From: Lama guanicoe
Lineage: Eukaryota
NCBI GenBank assembly: GCA_013239625.1
Contig: MU053994.1
Span: forward strand, 871,775 to 935,774
DNA: 64,000 nucleotides
Reading direction: 5' to 3'
Shown in pieces: positions 50,270 through 64,000 of this stretch; the stretch's first letter is position 1; the number at the start of each line of letters is the position of its first letter. The notes under the pieces are model-generated. The model did no database searches. It worked only from the letters and a program-made list of their open reading frames with translations, and had not been told where the DNA came from. The position numbers and the translations under genes were made by a program.

Positions 50270-50860
50270 CTTAGCGGATAAGGCCACCAGCTCTCAAGAC
50301 TCTCAAGCGGGATACCTCTGAGGTATCATCATGGGTAGCAAACCATTTCTGTAAAAGGCCAGAGTAGATATTTTAGACTTTGTCACCACATGGTTTCTAT
50401 TGCAGCTCTTCAACTCTGCTATTCTAGGGTGAAAGCAGCCATTAACAATTCATAAACGAATGAGCATGGCTATGTTCCACTAAAACTTTATTTATAGACA
50501 CTGAAATTTGAATTTCACATAATTTTTATGTGTCACGAATTATTAGTCTTCTTTTGATGTTCGTAACCATCAAAAAATATAAAAACCACTCGTAGCTCAT
50601 GGGCTGTATAAAACCAGGCTTGATTTGGCCCACGGGTTGTAATGTGCTAATGCCTGTTCTACATTAGCTCTTAAAGCGTCCCTTGGAGATTCCACAGTGG
50701 TATCCTGCTGGAAGACTCACCCTTTATTACTTTCTTTATCTTCCCTGTCTCACTTCCCCATTCATTTAAGAGTGTTCCCAGGAATCACGTCCAAATAAAC
50801 TACTTGTACTTAGATACTTGTCTTGAGGTCTGCTTCTTGGGGAAGCAAAACTAAGACAAC
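50270..50860. mobile_element. LTR16-like LTR interrupted by MER58A (~50330-50657)
   Basis: GCAAACCATTTCTGTAAAAGGCCAGAG...CTCAACTCTGC-like MER58 motifs. The LTR ends GTCTGCTTCTTGGGGAAGCAAAACTAAGACA. Confidence 0.75.
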
Positions 50861-52418
50861 TAGCTTGGCTGATTAATCACTGAACTGAACATTTGTTGCT
50901 TTGACACCATGAAGATCCTCCAGAAAGGCTCCTGGGATCCCAAGAGTAGATTCAATAAAAGGGCTCTTTTCATTATATTCTCAGACCAACAGTGCAGTGG
51001 GTTAAATGTGTAAACTTTACCATTCACTTGCACCCGAGGTAAAACTGAGAGTGTTAACACCTGCAATGACCTCAAGGCAGCGATTTCATCTCAGATCACT
51101 CTCAAATTCTCATGCCGGGGGTATTAGCAGCGAGGACATCAAGATGCTTCACAGAAGCACATGTTGGTGAGTCAGAGTCAACCAAGCCATGTAACAGCCC
51201 ACAGGAACCCAGAGGCATTGAGTGTGATGATAACCATTGCAGCAATCTCTGTAGCCATGTGGATTTATGAAATGGGTTTCCTTCCCAAAGTTCCCCGACA
51301 ATTACCAAAGGACTGAATGACTTCTAGATCAAAAACAGCAGGTGGATAGATGGGGCATTCATTTTTTGGGTCCCATGTCGCTCATTTAATGTAGTAATTT
51401 CTTTCTTGGCGAATTGAAAAAGCCTTCCTCACCCTGTTCTACGCTGTTCCAGATGGCTGTACCCTCTCAACCTGGCAGGTGCCTGTCTGTTGGCAGTGAG
51501 GCTGTGAACTTACTAAGTACAGCAATTTCTGACCTTCAGACACAAATGAAGCAAAGTGCTTTCTTTTATTAATGACAGGCTTCTCTAATAAAAGGGTAGG
51601 CCATGACATGTGGACTACAAGGAAATTATGAAGCCATATCTGGCTCTGAAGTGCTAGGGGCTTGTGCATTGTCTGAAAATTGATTAATAGACATTGATTT
51701 CCCCTAGTCCTACTGGGTATGCAACATTCAACAAAAATATAATTGTAAACTTAAAAGGAAAAAAAGCTGACATTCTAGAACAAGCTCTGGGGTGTTTACA
51801 AGTTCTAACAAAATCCTTCAAAAATGTGTTTTAATTGGGTCTCTATTAGCAAGTCAGTCCGTTGGGACTCCTTAATTACTAAGGTAAGCCTTAACTTCCT
51901 TTCCTCATTATTTTCCCTCTTTCAGTCCAAAATAGAAAGGAAGAAGTTCTCTTTATAAACATGTGAATTTTAAATTGAGCTTGAGTCCAGCAAAGTAAGC
52001 TATCCCGGGTTCTCTCTGAGCCAAACCCTCTGGAGGGCTTCATTTTAAAATTCAAATACAGGGAGATTATTTATCACTGTGGTTTTGACAGTGACAAAAT
52101 TGCCCCCTTGAAGAAGACAAATTGGCAGTCTCACAAAAGAGGAAGTGATTTTTAAAAATGTATTTATTTATTTACTTTGTATGGGAATTAAGTTCTGCAA
52201 ACAAATGCCTCTGACTGCTGGGGCTTAAAACATGCTCTATGGTGTTCAAATGAAAAAGCAACATGAACCCCATGAATGCCCATGGTCACAGGGAGTGGGA
52301 AGTGTAGCCATAGTAATAAGAACCAAAGTGCCGAGGAGTAGCAAACCAATGCCCAGATCTATAAGCCGGCTGAAATTTCTACCCTAGACTCTCCACATTC
52401 CTGCTTGAAAAACATCTT

Positions 52419-53329
52419 TTTTCTTTTTCTGAAGTGTAGTCAGTTTACAATGTTGTGTCAATTGCTAGTGTACAGCATAATGTTTCAGTCAAACATATAC
52501 ATATACATATTCCTTTTCATATTCTTTTTCACTATAGGTTACTACAAGATATTGAATATAGTTGCCTGTGTTATACAGAAGAAACCTGTTTATCTGTTTT
52601 ATATATAGTAGTTAGTACCTGCAAATCTCGAACTCTCATTTTACCCCTTTCTATCCCCTTTCTCCCTGGTAACCATGAGTTTGTTTTCTATGTCTGAGTC
52701 TGTTTCTGTTTTGTAAGTAAGTTCATTTGTGTCTTTTATTTTAGAGTCCACATATAAGTGATATCACAGTGTATTTTTCTTTTTCTTTCTGGCCTACTTC
52801 ACTTAGAATGACGATCTCCAGGTCCACCCATGTTGCTGCAAATGGCATTATTTCATTCCTTTTTTATGGCTGAGTAGTAGTCCACTGTATATATATACAC
52901 CACTGCTTCTTTATCCAGTCATCTATCAGTGGACATTTAGGTTGTTTCCATGTCTTGGCTATTGTAAATAGTGCCGCTATGAACATTGGGGTGCATGTAT
53001 CTTTTCAGATTAGAGTTCCCTCTGGATATGTACCCAGAAGTAGGATTGCTGGATCATATGGTAAGTCTATTTTTAGTTTTTTGAGGAATCTCCATACTGT
53101 TTTCCATAAGGGCTGCACCAAACTACATTCCCACCAACAGTGTGGGAGGGTTCCCTTTGCTCCACACCCTCTCCAGCATTTATCATTTGCGGACTTTTTA
53201 ATGGTGGCCATTCTGATTGGTGTGAGGTGATACTTCACTGTAGTTTTGATTTGCATTTCTCTGATAATTAGGGATATTTAACATTCTTTTCATGTGCCTA
53301 TTGGCCATCTATATGCCTTCATTGGGGAA
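52419..53329 (-). mobile_element. 5'-truncated artiodactyl-type L1 with a degenerate TSD
   Basis: Peptide [21 protein letters not shown]...[39 protein letters not shown] (52401) and CTGCTTTAAAAAACACCTT (53330). Confidence 0.9.
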
Positions 53330-54499
53330 CTGCTTTAAAAAACACCTTCTTCTTGATCAGACTCACGAAGGCCTGTGTTTCTGTGACATAGTAGGATGCA
53401 GCTAGGTAGCATAGGGAGAGAACTGGCTTGGGTATGGGACATCCAGTTTATCTTCCTGTCCGTAACAGCCTCGGGGTCCATATGCTGCAGGCTGAGGCAG
53501 AGGAGAGAAAGGAGCTATTTCTTATCATCAACCAGCTTCCCAGCTCTGGCAGTTTTTCATCAATTTGCATAGCCAGGAATAGCAGGTATATTTCAGAAGC
53601 ATATGGACCACTGCCTCACTTCCCCAACACACACATACCCTCAACTAGCTTTCCCTCTAGGCCCACTCTATGATAGACATTCCCATCTGCTTTTTAGTAC
53701 TGAAAAGTTCACAACTGGGGATCTATTCCTTGGATGTAAGTCCTTGTTTCTTAGTAATATGCATATAATTCTGGGATGTATATAACACCTTAACCCCTTA
53801 GCTTTAGAATTTAAATAAACCCACAGTGTTCACTGAAATTAATTACTTTCAAATAGTCACAAAATTAAAATGAATAAGGGCTATCAATCACTTATACATT
53901 ACTGAATACATGTAGGGAGAGGATTAGGCAAAGGACACAAAAAGGGGAGACTGTGTGATTTCCACAATGATCAGGTCAATGGAAATGAAAACTGCCATTA
54001 TTCTATTCAACCCAACCTCTCATTGCCATAAAGAAAGAAGATTCCACACAGCTATTCATTTTTTATATTTTCTAAGGCATACGCTCTTCTATGAATGAAA
54101 TATATAGTAAATAAATTTAAAAAGTAAGATTCAGATTAAATATCCTGTTTGGGAACCTAGAAATGAAATTCATCAGAAAACTCTTCATGATTTTATCCAT
54201 TTGGCCAGTAGAGATATCGTTATATGGCATTTCTCCAAGTCCCCAAGCTTATTTATATCACTTTGCTATCCTCATAACATCTGTGCTCTTAGGAGAGTAG
54301 GAATACACTTCACTGAATACTTCTCTGTGTAGCTGGGAGAAGCAGCAATAAAAACGTGGAAATGTAAGCACTGTCACATTGGGATCACGTAGGGAATGCG
54401 GAACACTCATAAACAGTTGCTTACAGCATAACTTGGAGGACAAATTTGACCATTTTTATAAGCTGTATCACATGTGATATAATTTAATGTAGCGGTATT

Positions 54500-54990
54500 T
54501 CCAGGAAGTTATTGTATAAAAGCACCCTAACAGAGAAGTGAACCAAGATATAAAATATATGTGAGAACAAAAGATATTCATGTAATATTGCAAATATGGC
54601 AAATGCTGGAAATATCCTAAATATCTGTTAGTAGATTAAATAAATTATGGCCTGTTCACAAAATGGATTATGTAGCCACTGAAGAAATTAAGTTTATATG
54701 TAATGATATAGAAAGGTACCCAAGATATTTTATTAAGTAAACTGTATGCATACTATCATATATATATTATATATACATACATATTATATATATATACATA
54801 CACACAATATATATGTGTGTGTGTGTGTATTTTTTTTACAAGGAGAAATGGAAGGCACCTATTCATGTAGTTACCTCTAAGGAGAAGGATGTTGGCAGGA
54901 GAAAATTTTACTCTACATTTCATAGTCTTCTGAACTGTTTCAATTTCCTTTCTAGTAGTGACCATTCGTTACTTCTATAAAATAATAACA
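54500..54990 (+). mobile_element. Old L1ME 3' fragment with a (TA)n/(TG)n tract at ~54757-54828
   Basis: AAATATCCTAAATATCTGTTAGTAG...TAAATAAATTATGG...CAAGATATTTTATTAAGT. Confidence 0.5.
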
Positions 54991-55339
54991 ACAAAATAAA
55001 GAAAAATAAAAGAAAAAAAGGTCAAAGTGAATTGTCCTCCTGGAAGCATACTTGGGTGTCACTTGGGCCTCCATTCTCTCTTTGATAGTGGCCATACTGG
55101 GTTAGAAGAGGTCAGAATTGCCTTCCCTGATGTGTCCTGAGTAGCAGTGTTCCTACAGAGGTTATAGATTCGTCTCCATGAAATAATATCTATCTTATTT
55201 GAATCAGTGTCAAGCTCATAGCACTGCTTGGGAGTAACAAGTTTCGTAAGCTCATCACTCCCACTTCACATTCCTATCTGGGGTGCAGAGGGGAGAGGCC
55301 TCTAAATTTAGTCCTTTCAATCTTCAAGAGCTGCTTATA

Positions 55340-55600
55340 AGGTGTGATGAATAAGTTGGTGTAAATCCCTCCATGTCTTACAAAAATGTATAGTTTGTGA
55401 CCCTCTCTCCTATTTAACCTTGCCTTTCCAGGCAGAAGACTAAGAAATCTTTCCATCTGCCTTCATATAGAGAAACCTCCTGTTTTTCTAGTCATTTTAG
55501 CTGCCCTTTTCTGGGCACCTTCCAGCTCCAATATGAATTTTTTGAGAGGTTTCAGAATCAGAATTGCAAATGGTTTTCTCAGCATGGTTGTGCAGGGATT
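55340..55600 (-). mobile_element. CR1/L3 LINE ORF2 C-terminal relic
   Basis: Minus strand reads LELEGAQKRAAKMTRKTGGF, compared with the CR1 motif LExVQRRATKMIRGL. Confidence 0.65.
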
Positions 55601-57354
55601 TTATACCGTGTTCCCTGTTTTGTTTCCCGTGCCTTTTTTCTTGATAAGTCCCACTGCTTGGCCAGCCTTTTGGAACAAGCTATCCAACTCCTTTTAGCCA
55701 TTCTTCTCCCTCTGCAAGACACCAGACCTCTAAGATGAAAAAGGGAAACATTCAGATGTTTCTAAATCATAGAATCCCAGAATAGAAATCAAAGGGTTAT
55801 TAGCCATAATCTTGAGCAAATCTCCCATTTAATAAATGGCAGCAACTGAGGCCCAGAGAGGTTAAGCAAGGACTCCAACTTAAACCTCCCAACTTCCATG
55901 CCGGCCCCTTCTCCATTTCATCTGTGTACAGGAGAGATATTAAAAATATTTAATAGCTGTATATAACTGAGGCATCAGACTGAAGACCCACCCGAGTGTT
56001 GGGGTGGGTCCTGAAGGCACCCTTCTGTGGTGGACAATAACTCTTTATTTGCTGGGTCAAAGAGTGGTGTGTGGAGTTTCAGGGGATGGACAGAGGTGAC
56101 TGGGGTGGCAGGAAGGGGGCCTTGTGGAGATAGCAGCATCTCTTCACCATACAATATGGAAGTTTTTCCAATATGTCAACAATTGGGACAGTCATCCCAG
56201 TGTGTCCAAGCTGTGTAGCACTTGTGTCTATATGGTCCTTTGGTCTAATTTAGATAAAATGTACGTATATATATTTTTTCTTTATTGGAATGCTTTGATG
56301 TGTGAAGACTCAGAAGGAGTCTCTGGCAAAGTGATAGGCTTTAAATCTTTTACAATTTAGGCATCAGGAAAATGACTCCCAGCTACTCTGAACATTATAC
56401 ATAATTAACCAAATTCTAGGGGTCTCACACATCCAGTCGCATTACAGTACTGCAGCCCTTTAATATCAATCGTAAAAGTGAGATATTTAAATTGCAAAAT
56501 AGATACATCTACACAGAAATGAGAGCTCCCTGAAAATGCATGAGCTGATGCTTATCCGTCTTCAAGGAAAAATGAGTCACAGTAATGTTTCCCTCTGTGC
56601 AACAGATTTTAAATTGTGATTTATGAGGTTTAAAAGCAGCTAAGTATCCCTTGTCAGTAAGACTATAGCGAGGTTGCTTGATGGAGACCACTTTGTACAA
56701 ATTACCCAATCAACTCAATTCCCCTTCCTCAGATCAGAAGAGTAAGGAAGACGCAACCCCAGGAGTGGGGGGTGGGGGGCCTGTGTGAAGAGGCTCTTTG
56801 TTCTCTTATTCTGTTTGCCTCCCTCCAGCTCCTCAGGAGGTGCTGCATGAGACACAGCATACGTGAAAGCCAAACAATAGAATGTACAGAAATGTTCCTC
56901 CCCCGCCCCTACCTAAGACCAAAACATCTCTCCCACAGCTTGAAATCCCAACATTCCATTCTCCCTTTAAGAGTCCCCAAATGCACCAAATTATTCCTGA
57001 TGAGCCATAAATACTTCTGTCTCTGGTAACCCTTTCTCCCACTTAAAAAAAAAAAGGAATCTGGGTTCTCACAAAACAAAATGATTTTCTCATCTATTTA
57101 TTTAATAGGTCTTTCAAAAATGTCAGAAGTTAAATTACACTTAGTCATACTTTTAAAGAAATAGTCTTTATTGAAAATAAAAAGATTAGATGAATAGAGG
57201 TATAGAAGCAGCTCAACAGAATATCTGTTGAATGTTGGATGAGTGAAAAATTAATCAATATGTGTGTCAATTATACCTCAATATACTGTTTAAAAGATCA
57301 GTTCATAGGAACTTGCATATTTCCTGGGACTGGGAACTTCTGATGTCAAATTCC

Positions 57355-57965
57355 GTATCATATAGGGTTCAATCAGAGAAGCAAAACCACTGCATGCACA
57401 AAAGGGATTTGTTACAGGGATTTGACCTTGCACAATTGTGGGAGCTAGTTAAGCAGTCTCTGTAAGGTTGTTGTCTTTGCCTCTGATGCTGGAGCTTAAA
57501 AGGCCACAGAGCAGGCAGCGGGGGAAGGGAAGATGGATATGAAATGAGGGAAAGCAAGAACGAGTTGGAACCCACAAGGGCCAGCTGACGACCACAAGGC
57601 TGGGCTGAAACCTGTGTCAGTTCTTGTTGCCTCTGACCTTTATAGAATGGCTGTCCTGTAGAAGCTGGGGACCCTTCATCACTGAGCTGAACCCACACAC
57701 CCGGCCCAGCGGTAGAAGCAGCTGAAGGAGGAGCCAGGGGAAGATGGAGCAGATGAAAACCCAGCTGCTGTCTCACTTCCACGAGGGAAGCTAGCAGATT
57801 GTTGACAATGTGTGTGAGCTACAAAATGGCTGCTCTTCTCTTCTTCTCTCTAAATCTCATAAAAAATTCTCTCTTGTGGCCCATTATAATCAGAAACATG
57901 TAGGAAAGGGATTTGTGGAATGTGAGGCCCAGCTATTCAAGGTAACACATTACAAAGTCACCATA
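57355..57965 (-). mobile_element. ERVL-type solo LTR
   Basis: TAGGGTTCAATCAGAGAAGCAAAACCACTG...GACCTTGCACAATTGTGGGAGCT. Confidence 0.6.
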
Positions 57966-58179
57966 CTAGTCACCGTATTTAGGGAGAGGAGAGGAGTGTT
58001 GAGAACAGATTTCTGAGTGTCAGAAAAATGGGACTGAAGGTCTTTGCCCAGTAGGGCAGAGAAGAGGGCAAGGGTGCTCAAGGAGGGAAGAAGGTATACA
58101 GTTGCCCTCCCTCCTTTCATTCATTACAAATGTGTACTGAGCATTTACAGTGTGTCAGGCCCTATTTCAATTATATTTT

Positions 58180-58685
58180 TTCAGACAGCCACACTAATAT
58201 ATCCCTTTCCAGTATGTTCACCTTGCACTGTGACATTGAAACTTCTATATCAAGAGATGTGATCTCCGTTCACTCCCTTTAATTCTGGGCAGGACTGTGA
58301 CTCTGGCTGAAGTGACACTGCATGACTTCTGAGGCTAAGTCATAAAGGTTATGAATTTCTGGAGACTCTCATCACTGACTTAGTCCCCATGTTATAAAGA
58401 AGCTAAATTCTCACGGAGAGGTCACCTGTACATGTTCCAGTTGACATTTCCAACTAAGATCTCTCCATCAACCACCTAGCATCAATCACTAAGTATGTGA
58501 ATGAGTTTTCAAATGATTCCTGCTCCCAGTCTTCAAGTATCACCCCCCAAAATTGATGCCAAAATGCAGCAGACAGATGAGTCTTGCTCAAATTACAGAT
58601 TTGAGAGCAAAATAAATGTTGTTATTATTTCAAACCACCCAAGTTTAGGGGTAATTTGTTGCACAGTCGTAATAACTGAAACAGG
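58180..58685 (+). mobile_element. MLT1 (MaLR) LTR
   Basis: Ends CCAAGTTTAGGGGTAATTTGTTGCACAGTCGTAATAACTGAAACA. Confidence 0.75.
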
Positions 58686-58829
58686 CTCTTTGCTAGACTG
58701 ATGGGGCATAATAACATACATGTGTTATTATATGGAATCATACATAATTACCTAAATCCTTTTGCTATAATGTTGGATCCATTATCTTGAAGCTAAGTTT
58801 TTAATCAGTACTTTTGTACAAATAATGGT

Positions 58830-59441
58830 ATGTTTTTAACTTTTTATCTTGAATTAATTGTACATTTGCATGCAATTTTAAGAAATAATACAGAGAGATC
58901 ACATATACTCTTCACCTAGTTTCCCCCAATAGTGGTAACATCTTGCCTAACTAGAGTACAATATCACAACCAGAAAATTGAGATTGATGCAATTAACTGA
59001 TTTTATATAGGTGTTTCACCAGTTTTATATAAAATCCTTTGTGTGTGTGTCTATTTAGTTCTATGCAATTTTATCACACGTTTAGTTTCATGTCACAATC
59101 ATTATAGTCAATAGTCAAGATACAGAACAATCCCAACACAAGGATCTCTTATGCACCCTTTATAGCAACAGCAACCTCCCTCCCACTATTGCGACTACTC
59201 CCAATCCCTGGCAACCATTAATCTGCTCTCCATTTCTATGATCTTGTCATTTCAAGAATGTTATATACATGAAATCATATAGTATGTAAACTTTTGAGAT
59301 TATCTTTTTTCACTCAGTATAATTCCCTGGAAATCCATCCAAGCTGTTATGCATATCATTAGCTTGTTCCTTTTTGTAGCCGAGTTGTATTTCATGGTAT
59401 GGATGTCCCATAGTTCTTTAAGCAATCAATCATTAAAAAAA

Positions 59442-59472
<31 letters not shown>

Positions 59473-59850
59473 TATATATATATAACTGAATCGCTTTGCT
59501 ATACACCAGAAACTAAAACAATATTGTCAATCGACTATACTTGAAAAAAAAAAAACAATTGGGTTGTTTCCTATTTGGGGATATTATGAATAAAGCTCTA
59601 TGAACATTCATGTACAGATTTTTGTGAATGTAAATTTTATTTCCCTGGAATGAATGTACAAGAGTGAAACTGATGGGTTGTACGGTAAGCATATGTTTAG
59701 TTTTGTAAGAAGCTGTCATACTCTTTTCTAGAGTGGCTCTACCATACATTCCCACCAGCAATGTATAAGTGATCCAGTTCCTTTGCATCCTCACTAACAT
59801 TTGGTGTTATCACTATTTTGAATTTTAGCCATTCTGATAGGTGTGATATA
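58830..59850 (-). mobile_element. L1MC/MB 3' end with a nested short young L1 tail (plus strand, ~59436-59555)
   Basis: Antisense L1 3'UTR. The insert reads ATAACTGAATCGCTTTGCTATACACCAGAAAC...CTATACTTGAAAAAAAA. Confidence 0.8.
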
Positions 59851-62800
59851 ATAACATATTTTGTGATATGATTTGATCAGATGTGCACGAACTCCAGTAC
59901 CTTCTTGTTTATACTCATTTGTATGGTGGCGGGGGGGGGCCTTTTTTTCACTACTACTTCTTTCCCCTTGATCATCCTCTTCAAAATGGAGAAGACAGTG
60001 AGTTACTTGGGGTCTGTAGCTAATGGCTGGCTTAATTTTCTTATAAATCATCCCTAATAGATACGCAGAGGCAGAATTCACTGCATTGTTCCAAAAAAAG
60101 ATTTAAATAAATTTTCTACAAGATATTTTAAGTAAATGAGGAATTAAAGATTAAGATAAGCTTGGGAAAAGATTAAATCTGGAATAAGGTTAAATATATA
60201 AAGCGCATAAGGTCTCCTGCAACTGAGTCACAAATTTGTGCATTTATAGAGTTAAGAGGGAGATGTACTAAGTTACCTAGTTCACAACACTCATAAAGAA
60301 TTGATAAACTGGTAGCTCAGAAAAGGCCAGCCTGGTTCTGAGACCAGAGTGAACATTCTCCCAAGTTTACAGAGGCCACATAGGTAATGTAAATGAGTGA
60401 AGCAAATTGAGACTACGATGATAAGGGAGGGTGGTGCTGGGGCTGTGTTAAACTGGAGAAGCCCACGCACAGTCTAAGGGCGCAGCCACCTCAGCTCTTG
60501 CTGATATTGCCAAGAGGGTAAAGTAAGCCCAGTGTATCCAGATTTTCCAACTCTTAAGAGAGGCTGTAAAGTCAGATTTGTAGGAATTATCTCCTGATAA
60601 TATATCAGTAACTATGTCAGTTAAAATACTGGCTGAACAAACACATCTGCAGTCCAGAGTTGACCTACTACTGTCAGTTAAAAACCTCTGGCCTTGAAAA
60701 ATAGGCAGGGACATCTAATGCAAGACAATCCTTATAAATATGACCTTTCTCTTTATCAAAGTTCAGCTTTGGGTAAATATTGAATGTCACTGAGTTGGTA
60801 GTTATGCTTTCTGACATGTATACAGAATTCAGATTGTCTGTGTAGTTGCTCAAGTATGGTGTCAGATACTTTCCGGAGCCAGCAACTTAAAGCAAGAAGA
60901 GACTAATTAGTGTGTGACCTTCAATTGTTTTTGTTTATCATTTGCTCAGGATTCAGTCTTAGGAAAGAGCATCATATCAGCCAAGCTCAGGTCAGTGTCT
61001 CCATCCTGGCTCTTGAGGCGGGCAAGGCAAGGAAGGACTGAATGCCTTTGGCTTCCAAAGGGTGAGGCAGGAACCTGGAATTATGTTACACCAAGACCAC
61101 CCTAATGAGGAAGAGATAGTCCACAAAAGAAAAGTAAGGAACTCTTAGAAAGTGGCAGTGGATGCTGGGCAGCTGAAAACAACAAAGGTCTACCAGAGAG
61201 AACACAGGGCAGAGTAGTGGAGGGCCAGAAAAGTCCCCTTTCTCCTTCTTGGCAGGTTCTTAATTGACTGTATTTGGAGCTTAATAATCTTTTCAGTGAT
61301 CCCATTATTAAATGCATCTCAACAACAGCTCTGAGTAGCATAGAGGGACCATCAGTTTATCTTCTTATAAGTGACCTGTTCTGTATCTCATTGTATTTTT
61401 TAAGAGTCCGAGTACTTTCTGTGGAGGTTAGCAAGAAGCCTAGAACAAATATTGAAGAGCATCATTTTGTGGTATGTGCTTTACACAAGTTAAAAGATTA
61501 GGGTGACTTGCACAGATCATAGGAACACAACTGTACTAGCAAGATATACACCATGGTCATCAGAAGACAGAATGCAGAGAAATTTAATTTTCAACATACA
61601 TGGTGTCAGAATAAATGTTTTACTTTCATAGAAATATAACTTTGGTGTTGCCCACTGTGGCCTTCTAGGGAATAAGGAGGCCAAAATATAAATTTGAAAA
61701 TTATAATACTTCTGAAGTTTATTTTAATTAAAAAATGTCCCAGTCTTTCCTATATGAGTTTTTCTCAGCTTGAGAGAAACCACATACCGCTATGCTAAAA
61801 TATTTTTGTTATTCAATATGAACTTCATTGTAAAAGTTTTTTAGATCAGTTAATGTGTGTGTGTATAGTCTGTGCAAATTTTGACAACTGCCTCCTAAAT
61901 TTTGATTGTTATAGCTTTTTAGACTCAGTTTTAAATCATTTGCGCATGTCAGCTAATTCCAAGTACAAGTCTGCTCCATAGGCATCTTCACTTAGTCAAG
62001 ACCTTTTCAACATAACACTGAGCTTCACAAAGTATTATTTTCATATTGTATCACAAAAGAGAGAACTGTATCTTCAATGTTGAACTTTTAAACTGAATTT
62101 TCAATTGAATTAGTAATAATGCCATATTTTTCCCTTTGACAGAATGAACTTCTAAAAACTTTACTTTGATTTCATGAATTAGGTAAAAATAAAATTAAAC
62201 CATGATTGAGATTAATAGATTTTCCATTTGAAATTTCCTTGTTCAAGGAATGAACAGCCTCATTAACCAGGAGAGGAAGAGAAGCTCTATGTGGTTTGGA
62301 GAACTGAGTTATCTGAGTCCTACATGTTTCCATTCCAATTCCTGGTATTCGTTCTCTCCCAATCCAAATATAACTTTAATGTAAAATCTCTGGTAAACCA
62401 ATACAACAGCCTAAGAGTCAAAATTTGACTTTTGTTTTAGTTCTCTCAGCCCAGTGGCTGCAAGGGATAAGAGATGCTTTGAATAAAATCATAGAAATTC
62501 CACGGATTTCTGCTTTTGCCTTGATACAAGCTCTCCTCCTTCTTTAAACTGTGAAGTTCAGCTAGAAGCAACTAGCTTATACCGCACATTTGCAATTTCT
62601 TAAGCCTTTCATATTATCCTATTACAACTGCCCTTACATCCCTTAGAACTTTACCCAAAATGAGCCTGTTATTCCTAGTGAGCACAGATAATACTTCAAT
62701 TAGCTATTTGATTGATGCATGTCTTGGACTGACTCAGTGCCAGTCAGGTTTTCAGAGACATCAACAACGATTAAGAGATAATCAATCTAAGATTTCCCCC

Positions 62801-63284
62801 CACCTTCCTGAGGATCTGCTGCCTGCAACCATTTCTGGTGCCATTTTCTTGATCAAGTTGATTGTTAAGCAGAAAAGTCACTCATTCATAGTTCTCATAA
62901 TTGCTCAGAGGGCTGCAGAACTGGGCTGGAAGCTTAACTTCCAGGAACAGAACTTGAAACCACACCTCAAAATAGACTTGATAAGCTACTGTCACTGATC
63001 AACAGGGGAAGCCCAAATTGCTGCCATCCTGATGCCAGGTCTATGGCAGGAACTCAGTTTTGCAACCATCAAGAAACTACTGTCATTGCCACCACTAGAG
63101 ACTAGACACATCTCCAGAGGAAACAGCAGCATCACAGATTGCTCACTTCTAAACCAGTGTCTCACATGAATGCATCTGTTTGACAGGGTCAAGGTCACGT
63201 CCCTACACACTGAACACAAATAGGGCTGTGAATTTGAGTTTTTACTCTTATGTTGGGAAAAGTGGACTGAGATATGGAAATTCC

Positions 63285-63530
63285 CTCATTTTGGTTACGT
63301 ACTGGTGTGTAACAAGCCACCCAAAAAACTTAGCAGCTTAAAGCAACAACAACATTCACTTTGCTCACGAATCTGCAATTTGGGCAAGATTTGGAGGGGA
63401 CAGTGCATCTGTCTGACTCAGTGTCACTGCGGGTTAGAATCATCTGACAGCTCACTCACTTACATGTCTAGTGATTGATGATGGCTTTCGGGCTGTGACT
63501 TTACCTGGGACCTATGTGTCCTCTCCATAA
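63285..63530 (-). mobile_element. MLT1/MST-type LTR fragment
   Basis: GTAACAAGCCACCCAAAAAACTTAGCAGCTTAAAGCAAC...GCTCACGAATCTGCAATTTGGGCA. Confidence 0.65.
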
Positions 63531-64000
63531 AAAACCATACTACTTGCCCCTACTCAGTTTACTTTCTACATTTAACTGTATTTGTTAGCATAAATTTAGT
63601 ATTCCAGTAGACTGTTGCCCAGGAAGATAAAAGTTGCAAGTAAAATTATTGCTCTTTATAGGAACTTCCTGAAAGACCTATCACTCTTCAACAGAAGAGT
63701 TTACATACCAAGATTCTTTGAGCCTCTAACCTCAAAATATTCACCTCATGGCCACCAATCCTAAGATCGTTACCCAAACTGAATCAAGCCCCAATTTGAT
63801 AGACCCACTTTAAATCAACCTCCCAGCTCTCAATATATTACCAGATATACTGTCTTCCCTCTCTGAGACTCTTTCAGATTCCATGAGGTAGTGGTTTAAG
63901 CAATATACTCAGCTTTGTGTTATCAATGTGTTGTTCTGGTGATATCTGGGAGGCCGGTATTTGATACCGTGGTGGGGCTTCTTTACAACATGATGATTAG

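Noticed and set aside
55985..56010. 9-bp perfect hairpin GACCCACCC...GGGTGGGTC
   Set aside because: Short, probably within a decayed DNA transposon, and no ncRNA family features.
1..64000. CRISPR arrays, operons, rRNA/tRNA genes or a multi-exon protein-coding gene
   Set aside because: This is mammalian repeat-rich DNA. I found no repeat-spacer array, structural RNA gene or consistent exon chain by eye, though small exons could be missed.

Overview
64 kb of AT-rich, CpG-depleted mammalian non-coding DNA, intergenic or deep intronic. The L1 3' ends are artiodactyl-type and I saw no ruminant, pig or whale SINEs, which suggests a camelid (inference). Much of the window is fossil transposons: L1 of several ages, L2, CR1/L3, MIR, LTR16/MLT1 and other ERVL LTRs, and hAT MITEs. 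Family names are by eye and edges are approximate. The only recognisable protein-derived locus is an intronless ferritin light chain (FTL) retrocopy on the minus strand (~28748-29738). It looks old: degenerate target-site duplication and roughly 70% aa identity to FTL as I recall it. Even so, it keeps CpG-island-like CpG density and has only one lesion, a 1-nt deletion in the D-E loop. Its iron-responsive element is destroyed and now supplies an in-frame upstream ATG (74-aa Pro/Ser leader). It has also gained a GC-box tandem repeat, a candidate replacement poly(A) signal, and acid-to-Lys changes at iron entry/nucleation residues. This resembles how FTMT and FTHL17 arose from H-ferritin retrocopies, so it is the best candidate here for an undescribed, currently or formerly functional, retrogene. 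All other ORFs in the track are L1 fragments or appear to be chance ORFs.
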